The notes beneath the pieces are model-generated. The model made no database searches. It was not told the DNA's origin and was given only the letters and a program-made list of their open reading frames with translations. The translations under genes were made by a program, and so were the position numbers. This document shows, piece by piece, positions 38,321 to 45,844 of a DNA stretch of 64,000 nucleotides; position 1 is the stretch's first letter, and every line of letters begins with the position of its first letter. Source of the stretch: an uncultured bacterium (GTDB lineage: Bacteria > Patescibacteriota > Minisyncoccia > UBA6257 > GWB1-50-10); NCBI GenBank assembly GCA_963713955.1, contig OY970216.1:8075-72074 (forward strand), read 5' to 3'.

Positions 38321-38778
38321 TGCAAAACTTGGTTCAAGAGGTTATCTATCTTGGAACTTTGATCGGTCACCGTACTGCTCGTAATCTTTGCACTCTCCGA
38401 TTGCAATACATCCCCATTCAGATGGGGCGCCTTATTGCTCGTTATCGCGGAAATAGCATTGTTAATCGTCTGATTGACCTCGTTGTTATAGCTGACTTCC
38501 TGCAAGGTGATATTGATGTTCATGTCCGCCAGTTCTCTGTTCAGCGTCTCGGCACTTGCCAAAGGAAGAACGTTACCTCTCGTCGGTATGAAAACGTAAC
38601 CCAAAATCACGAGGAACACCAAGGCGAAAGAAGCCGCCCATGCGACAAGATAAGTCTTCACCGTGAAGTTCCTCTTCTTTTCAAAGGAAAAGATGAGGGC
38701 TTTGCTTCCCCGTAAAAAGGATTCATCGGGCTCTATGGTTCTAAACCTCTTTAGTTGTTTCTTTAAATCTTGACTCAT
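38317..38778 (-). CDS. putative anti-sigma factor (single-pass membrane protein)
   Basis: One central TM helix (TYLVAWAASFALVFLVILGYVFI). The gene overlaps the stop of the sigma factor gene. Confidence 0.4.
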   Translation of the reverse strand: MSQDLKKQLKRFRTIEPDESFLRGSKALIFSFEKKRNFTVKTYLVAWAASFALVFLVILGYVFIPTRGNVLPLASAETLNRELADMNINITLQEVSYNNEVNQTINNAISAITSNKAPHLNGDVLQSESAKITSSTVTDQSSKIDNLLNQVLQ

Positions 38779-39310
38779 GTTCGAGAACCGCCTTTTTGAG
38801 CTGCCGCAGGGCCCGGTGCTGAATCACCCGTACCGCACCCTCGCTCTTCCCGAGAGCGGCGCTTATTTCTTTGTTGGATAAATCTTCCACAAATTTCATA
38901 ATGAGGACATCTTGATAAGTTTGCTCCAACAAACCGATGCATTCCTTGACGACCTTGAGGTCGGAATCCGAATCCATTTTCTCTCCCAGAGCGGACTCGA
39001 CGGAAAAAACGTTTTCCGGGACCGTCTCAATATCGTAAGTTTGCTTCCGGGTTCTCCAATAATCTATGACCGAATTCCTCGCCGCCCGATAAAGGTAACT
39101 GGAAAAAGGTATTCCTCTCACGTCGAATGTTTCGATGTTTTTCCAAGCACTCAAAAACACTTCGTGAGTTAAATCCTCAGCTTCACCTCTCCTGCCGCCC
39201 AGTTTCAAAAAAACATACCGATATATTTTCGGCGCATACCGGCCATATATTTCCCCGAAAGCAGAAGTATCCCCTTTTTTTGCCTTCTTAAGGAGCTTAT
39301 CGTCCTCCAT
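38741..39310 (-). CDS. RNA polymerase sigma-70 family, ECF subfamily
   Basis: Region 2 (DLTHEVFLSAW) and region 4 (LSNKEISAALGKSEGAVRVIQHRALRQL). Confidence 0.8.
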   Translation of the reverse strand: MEDDKLLKKAKKGDTSAFGEIYGRYAPKIYRYVFLKLGGRRGEAEDLTHEVFLSAWKNIETFDVRGIPFSSYLYRAARNSVIDYWRTRKQTYDIETVPENVFSVESALGEKMDSDSDLKVVKECIGLLEQTYQDVLIMKFVEDLSNKEISAALGKSEGAVRVIQHRALRQLKKAVLEHESRFKETTKEV

Positions 39311-39458
39311 AGCTTAAAACGATGATTCCCATTTTTTGTTTCTCTTTTCCCTTCTCCAGGGTGTAACGCCCCGTAACAAACATCAAAAATATGGTAACAA
39401 AAACCACCATATTAGTAAACGAACCCACTAATCTCACATTACAAAGAGAGTTGGTAGA

Positions 39459-39475
39459 TGAGCGGGTAAGGGGAG
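39459..39475. other. attL-like 17-bp direct repeat (TGAGCGGGTAAGGGGAG), identical to the 3' end of tRNA-Gly at 54300-54316
   Basis: Exact 17-nt identity with 54300-54316; the flanks are partly similar (ATCAAAC versus TCGAACC). Confidence 0.55.
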
Positions 39476-39590
39476 ATCAAACGTCGCTCCAATGTTACGT
39501 CATCGGAGCTCCCACGAACCCAGCGGTTCGTGTGCTCCGCGACGGGAAAACTCCCGTTTTCCCGACCCCTTTCCCGTTCGACTCCCCGAG

Positions 39591-39919
39591 GTGAATATTG
39601 AGTATTTATACGGAGCAGTTAAGACCTATTTTACCCAAAATTTCTGATTTTGGATACCCCCGAGCCTAGTCAATCACCCCGTCAATCACGATTGACTACC
39701 CTCACCCCTCTTTCGTCCAGATTCCACCGGGCTTTCCTCGAAAACCTTGTCCCCGACAATACTCGCCTCCGCCCCTTACCGGTGCGTCGGCTCGTCTCCC
39801 GCAGAGGCCGCCCCCATGGGAAGGGTCGAAGGGAAGGAATGGGGGGCGGCCTCTGCTTCACGTCGCGCGTCAGAGATGCTCCCGAGGCCGGATTGGAAAA
39901 GGGAAGCAAAAAGGAGGAG
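39591..39919. repeat. left copy of the roughly 330-bp near-perfect inverted repeat (partner at 51477-51804)
   Basis: The reverse complement of 51477-51804 matches almost base for base (the identical 82-aa ORF artefact MDTPEPSQ... appears in both copies). It contains the nested motif TAGTCAATCACCCCGTCAATCACGATTGACTA. Confidence 0.8.
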
Positions 39920-39959
39920 CGGCTTATAAGGCAGTGCGTTTTTCGGTATCATTAAGGGA

Positions 39960-40793
39960 ATGCCCCGATACCGCAAGAGATTCGAGAGGAGCAAGGAGCC
40001 GCCCAAGAATTTTCGCATCCAGACGCGCGACTACGGCCTCCTCGCTGACATAGCTGGCTATGGGGTGCTCTCGACCGAGCAGATTTTCGCGCTTCACAAG
40101 GGAGGAGAAAGGAATCTTCGGCGGAGATTGGCCGCGCTCTATCACTTGGGATACATCGAGAGACCGAAAGCGCAAAAACTGCTTCCTCCCGGGAGCTTCA
40201 TCATCTATTCCCTCGGCAGAAAAGGAGCGGAGCTCCTTCACCGCGAGGAGTCCGTCGGGAAAAGACACCGCGAGGTTTCCTTCCCTCATCTTTCCCACGC
40301 TTTGATGATCTCGAGGTTCCGGTCCATCCTCTCCCTCGCCTTGAAGGGCGGAGACAAGAAGATCGAGAAATGGATGCAGGGCAGGGAGTTGTACGATACG
40401 CTCTCCAAGCGGGAGAAGACCGACCTCGTTCCGGATGCTTTCTTCACGGTCGAGAGCAAAGAATACAAGTGGCCCTTCTTCCTCGAAGCGGACATGGGTA
40501 CGATGACGCGGACGAAGATGCTCGAAAAATACCGGACGTACTGGCGGTGGTGGCGGGAGAGGCGGCACGAGCATACGCTCGGCATACAGAGATTCCGCGT
40601 CCTCACGATCGCTCCCTCGGAGACGAGAACGGAGAATCTCGTGAAAGCCGCGAAGGAGGCCGACGACCGGAGAACCGGCAGCGACATGTTTCTCTTTTTA
40701 TCGGAGACTGCATACTCCTTGAAGGAGCCGGAAGAAATACTGAAGTCCGTCTGGCTTTCCGCGAAGGGCGGAAGGCACGGAATACTCGAATAA
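39960..40793 (+). CDS. replication-relaxation family protein (Replic_Relax-like, N-terminal HTH)
   Basis: RDYGLLADIAGYGVLSTEQIFALH matches the N-terminal motif of plasmid replication-relaxation proteins; 277 aa. Confidence 0.5.
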   Translation: MPRYRKRFERSKEPPKNFRIQTRDYGLLADIAGYGVLSTEQIFALHKGGERNLRRRLAALYHLGYIERPKAQKLLPPGSFIIYSLGRKGAELLHREESVGKRHREVSFPHLSHALMISRFRSILSLALKGGDKKIEKWMQGRELYDTLSKREKTDLVPDAFFTVESKEYKWPFFLEADMGTMTRTKMLEKYRTYWRWWRERRHEHTLGIQRFRVLTIAPSETRTENLVKAAKEADDRRTGSDMFLFLSETAYSLKEPEEILKSVWLSAKGGRHGILE

Positions 40794-40817
40794 CCCGCTC
40801 CATCGGACGGGTGGCTT

Positions 40818-41010
40818 CGCAACGCATACTCGTCAAAAGACCTGCGGCTTTTGGCTCGAGACTGCGTTCGCCGCCCTTCCGCTCTCGCTCGTCTGCCTTC
40901 GTTCAATGCACTTTCTCTTAATCGCGCTTGGATTCCTCGCTTCCGTGAGCCGCAATCTCCGCAACGCATACTCGCTGAAAACCTCTGGTTTCCAGTTCGA
41001 GACTGCGTTC
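40818..41010. repeat. two copies of a roughly 52-bp imperfect palindromic unit (iteron/operator-like), 142 bp apart, in a 465-bp non-coding stretch
   Basis: CGCAACGCATACTCG-N23-CGAGACTGCGTTC at 40818-40869 and again at 40960-41010 (about 80 percent identical to each other; each unit is an inverted repeat). Confidence 0.5.
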
Positions 41011-41258
41011 AATTGCGTCTCCCGTCGCTTAAAGGAAAAACGCGGGAGGCTTTAGGCTCAACGCTAAGCCCCGCGCATTTTTCCTTTCGCGGGGAGCGCG
41101 ACGGAGCGCGCCCCCCGTGCGATTCTGCCCTTGCCCCACCACGCCCGTGCGCGGGCAAGAACGCTCCCCGAAACTAGCAAAGGTTGACATTCTTTGATGG
41201 GATTTTGTAACATCCTCCCGACATCGTCCTTTCGGGCGGTGTACGGTGAGGGGGACTC

Positions 41259-41516
41259 TCACGAGTCCCCCTTGGTCTTTTCCGAAGTTACATCATTATC
41301 TGAAACCATTATCAACCTTATAACCCAATCTGAAAGCCAGACGGCTCCGGCTTGCTTCCCAGACTCTAGAAGAAACTGGTTCTGGGACGCGACAAGCGTT
41401 TCTTGAGTAGCGTTGGCGGATGACGGAGGCGCCGCATCGGTGGGAGACGACGCAAGTGCGATCTGTATGATCCAGAGAAGCAGAAAACCGATTACAACTC
41501 TCAAAAATTTCCCCAT
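41259..41516 (-). CDS. small secreted or membrane protein (pilin-like?), hypothetical
   Basis: 85 aa; signal/TM MGKFLRVVIGFLLLWIIQIALA plus a second mildly hydrophobic stretch. Confidence 0.3.
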   Translation of the reverse strand: MGKFLRVVIGFLLLWIIQIALASSPTDAAPPSSANATQETLVASQNQFLLESGKQAGAVWLSDWVIRLIMVSDNDVTSEKTKGDS

Positions 41517-41836
41517 GACTTTGAAGAAAAATTGGGTTGCTCGACCTTTATATTGGTTTATTAAAGAACTCCCCAGAGATTAAAAATCCCCCTGTCGCTC
41601 TTCGGTGGTACTTCAACCTGCGACAGGGGGTGTTTTGGTGCTAATTTTTTCGCTCTGCGCCAGAAATTTCTATCGAATAAACACCCTTAAGTTATGGTAA
41701 TGATAACAAACCGGTGGTGAAAGTCAACTTCGCTCTCCTAAAAACTTTGAATGTAGTAAAATAACTCCATATCCCTCGTGCCTCTTTCTCGGCACGACAC
41801 AAGGTCGAGAGTTCTATAAAAACAGCATAAAAATAC

Positions 41837-42541
41837 ATGTGGACGTTCATCTTAATCGTCATCGTAGCCGTCGTCGCGTGGAATGTGTACAAGAAAAAGC
41901 AAGAAGAACAGCAGGAAAGCGGAGCCTACGAGACCGCCGACGTCCCTCCGGAGCGGAAACACTTGAAACGGATGTCTCTCTCGGAGAAGTGGCGCACGGT
42001 GAGTAGCTGGACGACCCTCGTTCCCGGAGCAGAGGGAAAGGGAGATGCGATCTTCAAAGCCGCGAAGGAAAGTATCGGGAAAGCCGCGGCGCCGAACCTC
42101 GTAGTCGAGGAGCGGCGGGTTAGCGTAAACGACCTCGCGAAGAGGTACGGCGAGCGGCGGCTGCTCGTGGTCGAGAACCGGAAAATCCTCGGCTACTACG
42201 CCTTCGTCTCCGTCATGGATTACGGCCATCAGCTTTCCGTCTCGTGGTATCTTATGTTTCAGGAAAACTGGTTCACGAAGTTCATGAAGACCGCGGTCAA
42301 GGGCGGCGTGATCGCCTTCCTCGCCAACTGGTTCGTCGTAATCATGGCGAGAATCTTCTACGCCGCGAGGCGGTGCACCATCCCCGAACTCATGAACATC
42401 TTCGACGCGGAGGAATTGACCGCCTACACGACGACCGTCCACCACGCCGTAACGGGGGCGGTCGAGGAGCTGATGGGCGGCATGAACATGGACTTCTCGA
42501 GGGTGGACACGAGGTCGCGGGGATTTTTAAATATCTCTTAG
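41837..42541 (+). CDS. membrane protein; its stop lies one base before the ATPase start, so it may be the membrane half of a split coupling protein
   Basis: N-terminal TM (MWTFILIVIVAVVAW) and an internal TM (VIAFLANWFVVIMARIF). It ends at 42541 and the ATPase starts at 42543. Confidence 0.4.
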   Translation: MWTFILIVIVAVVAWNVYKKKQEEQQESGAYETADVPPERKHLKRMSLSEKWRTVSSWTTLVPGAEGKGDAIFKAAKESIGKAAAPNLVVEERRVSVNDLAKRYGERRLLVVENRKILGYYAFVSVMDYGHQLSVSWYLMFQENWFTKFMKTAVKGGVIAFLANWFVVIMARIFYAARRCTIPELMNIFDAEELTAYTTTVHHAVTGAVEELMGGMNMDFSRVDTRSRGFLNIS

Positions 42542-42542
42542 C

Positions 42543-43925
42543 ATGGCGGAACCGCGCATCTTCCGCCGCGAACCCAAGAGCGACGAACTCGCGCTGGGTT
42601 ACGCGTGGGGCGAGGACCAAAAAGGCGACCTCTGGCAATTGAAGGGCGTCGCGCAGGAAGACCGCGCCACCCATTTTTACGTGATCGGCGCATCCGGCAC
42701 TGGCAAGACGAAGTTCTTGGAATACATGATCGGGCAGGACATAGCGAACGGGGCGGGATTCGGTGTGATTGATCCCCATGGGGACTTGATCGAAGCCGTG
42801 AAAGAGCGGCTCGCGCTTTCCGGAGACGATCTCGAAAGCCGCGTCGTCCTTATCGACCCCACAGACAAGAAGAAGGTCGTCTCCTTCAATCCCCTCGAAC
42901 GGCTGGACGGTGTCTCCCCGGCGGAGCAGTCCGCCGAGCTCACGCTCGCGTTTAAAAAGATTTGGGCGGACGCGTGGGGCGCACGGATGGAGGACATTCT
43001 CCGCAATTCTTTCATCGCCTTGATTGAGAACGACCTCACCCTCGCGGAACTGCCCCTCCTGTTCGCCGATGCCGGACTCCGCGCGAAGCTCACGGCGAAC
43101 CTGAAAAACGAGACCGCGAGGGATTTCTTCCACAAGTTCGATTCGTGGAGCAAGACCTTGAAGAACGAGTGGACGGAATCCACCTTGAACAAGGTGAACG
43201 CCTTTTTGTCCGACGAGCGGGTGCGGGACATGTTTGTCTCGCCCAAAAGTTCCTTCAATCTGCGGGACGCGATTGATGCGGGAAAGATATTGTTGGTGAA
43301 ACTGGATAAGGGAAGATTGAAGGGCGCAAGCGACCTTCTGGGTTCGCTCATCTTGACGAAGCTCCAGATGGCCGCCTTCTCCCGGACGGACGTGAGAGAA
43401 TCCGAGCGCAAGCCCTTTTACTTGTACATCGACGAGTTCCAGAACTTCGCGACCGAGAGCTTCACGGACGTCCTCACGGAGGCGAGGAAATACAAGCTGT
43501 CACTTACGCTCGTGAACCAGAACTTGGGGCAGCTTCCCTCCGAACTCCGGGCTTCCATCCTCACGAACTGCGGGATACAGGCGTGTTTCCGCCTTTCCCG
43601 CTTCGATGCGGAGCTTCTCGCCAAAGAAGCGTTCGGCGGGGTGGCCGACGCGACCCCGCAATGGGAAAAAAAATTCCAGTTGCTCCAAGCCCTCCCTAGG
43701 CAGGTGTGCCTCGTGAAGAACAAGGCGGCGGGCGGGATTGTTCTTATCCGCGTGCCGGACATAGGAGACGGGATGGACGAGCGGGAGCTTGAGGCCGCCT
43801 TGCGGGAAGCAGGGATCGGAGAGAAATACCTCCGCAAACGGGACGAGATTAACAAGGAGTATCACAGAAGGCACGAGGCCTTAACGAAAACCGACGAGCC
43901 GGACGGGTTCAAGGAGAAAAGATAG
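42543..43925 (+). CDS. P-loop ATPase, TraD/TrwB/VirD4-like or HerA/DUF87-like (candidate DNA translocase / coupling protein)
   Basis: Walker A VIGASGTGKT; DPHGD motif; Walker B YLYIDEFQNF. Paralog of 50122-51420. Confidence 0.55.
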   Translation: MAEPRIFRREPKSDELALGYAWGEDQKGDLWQLKGVAQEDRATHFYVIGASGTGKTKFLEYMIGQDIANGAGFGVIDPHGDLIEAVKERLALSGDDLESRVVLIDPTDKKKVVSFNPLERLDGVSPAEQSAELTLAFKKIWADAWGARMEDILRNSFIALIENDLTLAELPLLFADAGLRAKLTANLKNETARDFFHKFDSWSKTLKNEWTESTLNKVNAFLSDERVRDMFVSPKSSFNLRDAIDAGKILLVKLDKGRLKGASDLLGSLILTKLQMAAFSRTDVRESERKPFYLYIDEFQNFATESFTDVLTEARKYKLSLTLVNQNLGQLPSELRASILTNCGIQACFRLSRFDAELLAKEAFGGVADATPQWEKKFQLLQALPRQVCLVKNKAAGGIVLIRVPDIGDGMDERELEAALREAGIGEKYLRKRDEINKEYHRRHEALTKTDEPDGFKEKR

Positions 43926-43940
43926 TATTTTTCTACACTG

Positions 43941-43969
43941 TTTGACATTATTGCTATATTATGGTATCA
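43941..43969 (+). promoter_or_regulatory. sigma70-like promoter upstream of the DGR target gene
   Basis: TTGACA, a 17-nt spacer, then TATCAT. AAGGAGG lies 5 nt before the ATG at 44038. Confidence 0.4.
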
Positions 43970-44037
43970 TATCAACATTCCTGAAACTTAGGAACGCATC
44001 TAAAAAACTTCATATTCACTAACCAAGAAAGGAGGCA

Positions 44038-44919
44038 ATGACGATGAATACTACATCGATCATGCCAATGACAGAAGGTCAAGAAAAGCAACTGAGTCGC
44101 GTCGTAATGGAGGACGAACTCTTTACACCGAAACCCACAAACGACGAAGCTCAGTGTCTTCTAAAGCACGGCAATATACTGCAAACGGCAGTCCGAATTT
44201 CCCGCAAGGAGATATTCGTCAAGTATCTCTACGCAGATGAGGAAAAATCGTCCGACTACACCTATCCCAAGGAATACAAGCGAAAATCAATCCGAGAGCA
44301 AATCGATATTCTTCTGGAGTGCTTCCCCGGATTGAACGCAACATGGGCTTTAATGAAGGGAGAAGCTTGGTACGACAGCCTGAAGAACTTGCCGGATTGG
44401 ATTGAAGGCCCGCTCGTCTATGTATGGTGGGAAATGTTCGGCAACTACAACGCCGCAACGGAACAGGTGCTCTCCGCTCTGGGGAAGAAGTACCAAAACT
44501 TCGTGAACTACCGGAACGGCCAGCTTGGACCAGAATACCTGCAACAGTCGAAAAAGACGACCGGTCTCGAAGCAAAGATTAAGAAGGACCAGCCTGGCGA
44601 TCTCATCATCGTCCCGAGTCAAGCCGGATTGCGCTGGAGGGGAAAATCTGTCCGTCGCGGCAGAGTCCTCTATGATCAGAACGAATTCGGTTCGGGAAGC
44701 GTCGCCGAAGGATGCCGAGTGCTGACCCATAATCGGTTCGTCCAATGGGAGCAACTGCACGTTGATTGCGGAGGAGACGAATACGCTCCTGAGGCCGATC
44801 GGGTTTTCTCGCACGCTCCGCACCTCTACTTCCTCGATAGCGAGATCGGGTTCGTCACGTACTGGATTGACTATGCCCATGGGCACTTCGGTTCGGCTTC
44901 CTCCCTTCTCCCGCAGTAA
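44038..44919 (+). CDS. DGR target (variable) protein; the C-terminal approximately 43 aa are encoded by the variable repeat
   Basis: The 3' end of the ORF (44787-44917) is the VR homologous to the TR. The gene has a strong RBS and promoter and is followed by a hairpin terminator. No signal peptide is evident. Confidence 0.7.
   Translation: MTMNTTSIMPMTEGQEKQLSRVVMEDELFTPKPTNDEAQCLLKHGNILQTAVRISRKEIFVKYLYADEEKSSDYTYPKEYKRKSIREQIDILLECFPGLNATWALMKGEAWYDSLKNLPDWIEGPLVYVWWEMFGNYNAATEQVLSALGKKYQNFVNYRNGQLGPEYLQQSKKTTGLEAKIKKDQPGDLIIVPSQAGLRWRGKSVRRGRVLYDQNEFGSGSVAEGCRVLTHNRFVQWEQLHVDCGGDEYAPEADRVFSHAPHLYFLDSEIGFVTYWIDYAHGHFGSASSLLPQ
44787..44917 (+). repeat. DGR variable repeat (VR)
   Basis: 131-bp alignment with TR 45299-45430: 17 mismatches, all at positions where the TR has A. 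The final approximately 30 nt are identical and GC-rich (IMH-like), ending at the target stop codon. Confidence 0.85.
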
Positions 44920-44992
44920 TCGAACATTGCACCTCGGACACTTGAACCTTTTGATGTCTTGTCCTTCGTTCCTTTCGTCCGCGTTATTTTTG

Positions 44993-45034
44993 AGAGGTTA
45001 TCCACACCATTGTGGGTAACCTCTTTATTTTTTA
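44993..45034 (+). terminator. hairpin plus T-run downstream of the VR/target gene
   Basis: AGAGGTTATCCACA-CCAT-TGTGGGTAACCTCT (14-bp stem with 1 mismatch) then TTTATTTTTTA. The stem contains a perfect TTATCCACA. Confidence 0.55.
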
Positions 45035-45298
45035 TAATCATGAATGAGACTAGGTTCATGAATGGCCGTCCACGGATTGCCGTCACCGAACTCCCTCTTC
45101 AATGAAGAGAAAAACAACCGGAATCTTAGCGACCACGGTTTCTAAGAGCGCGTTGTATTGAGGAGATTACTGCTTGTCCCCGTCTAGCGCAGGTTCCCGT
45201 TCGGGATGCTGCCGAATAAAATTCAGGATTGAGAGGATATAAGCTCCCCTTGAGCGGTAAACCTCGATTTCCAGTGATACGGACGGATGGGGGCAATG

Positions 45299-45430
45299 AT
45301 CCTGAGGCCGATCAAGTTTTCTCGCACGCTCCGAACCTCAACTTCAACGATAGCAAGATCAAGTTCAACACGAACTGGATTGACAATGCCAATGAGAACT
45401 TCGGTTCGGCTTCCTCCCTTCTCCCGAAGT
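45299..45430 (+). repeat. DGR template repeat (TR)
   Basis: Adenine-rich AAC/AAT/AAG-containing copy of the VR; the ORF-track entries 45229-45483(+) and 45223-45474(-) merely overlap it and are not believed to be genes. Confidence 0.85.
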
Positions 45431-45446
45431 CGCTCCTCAAGGAGGC

Positions 45447-45477
45447 AGAATGCCCGCGATTTATACGCGGGCATTCT
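45447..45477. terminator. strong hairpin between the TR and the avd stop (bidirectional terminator or TR-RNA 3' structure)
   Basis: AGAATGCCCGCG-ATTTATA-CGCGGGCATTCT, a 12-bp perfect stem. Confidence 0.5.
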
Positions 45478-45479
45478 CC

Positions 45480-45830
45480 TTAATTTTCTTTAGCCGATCT
45501 TATCCATCCGCCTAACATCCGGCCGATTTCATCCACGGAAGATTCGAGCGCCACATACTTTTTATTGTCTATGGTTTTCACTTCCTTCATGAGACGAAGA
45601 AAAACGCGCAGGAGATTAAGCTTGACGCTCGTCTTGTCTAAAACCGGCACTTTCTCCGATTTATAGAGTTTGCTGGCCGTAAGTATCCCCTCAAGAATTT
45701 CGAGTGTTAGTTCTTCCGATCTCTGCCAGATGGCGTACCGGTCTTGCTTGGGAACAATTGTGCGATAACCATAAAATGTTTTGTATAAGTCATAAGTTTT
45801 CTTGAATATGGGTATGTCAAAATCATCCAT
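45480..45830 (-). CDS. avd: Avd-like accessory variability determinant (four-helix-bundle, 23S rRNA-IVS protein family)
   Basis: 116 aa; C-terminal EIGRMLGGWIRSAKEN closely resembles the Bordetella phage bAvd C-terminus EVGRILGSWIARVNRK; it lies between the TR and the RT. Confidence 0.7.
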   Translation of the reverse strand: MDDFDIPIFKKTYDLYKTFYGYRTIVPKQDRYAIWQRSEELTLEILEGILTASKLYKSEKVPVLDKTSVKLNLLRVFLRLMKEVKTIDNKKYVALESSVDEIGRMLGGWIRSAKEN

Positions 45831-45844
45831 AAGTTTTACGCCAC

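Noticed and set aside
39650-39955. Identical 100-aa and 144-aa ORFs (MDTPEPSQSPRQSRL...) at 39650-39955 (+) and 51311-51745 (-)
   Set aside because: They lie entirely inside the two inverted-repeat copies, have a low-complexity basic composition, and their identity simply reflects the DNA repeat. They are treated as non-coding.
44993-45020. Perfect DnaA-box TTATCCACA in the hairpin downstream of the VR
   Set aside because: It is a single 9-mer occurring inside a terminator stem with no clustering of boxes, so it is most likely coincidental.
45223-45483. ORFs 45229-45483 (+) and 45223-45474 (-)
   Set aside because: They overlap the DGR template repeat, whose open frame is inherited from its similarity to the VR coding region. 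The TR functions as RNA.
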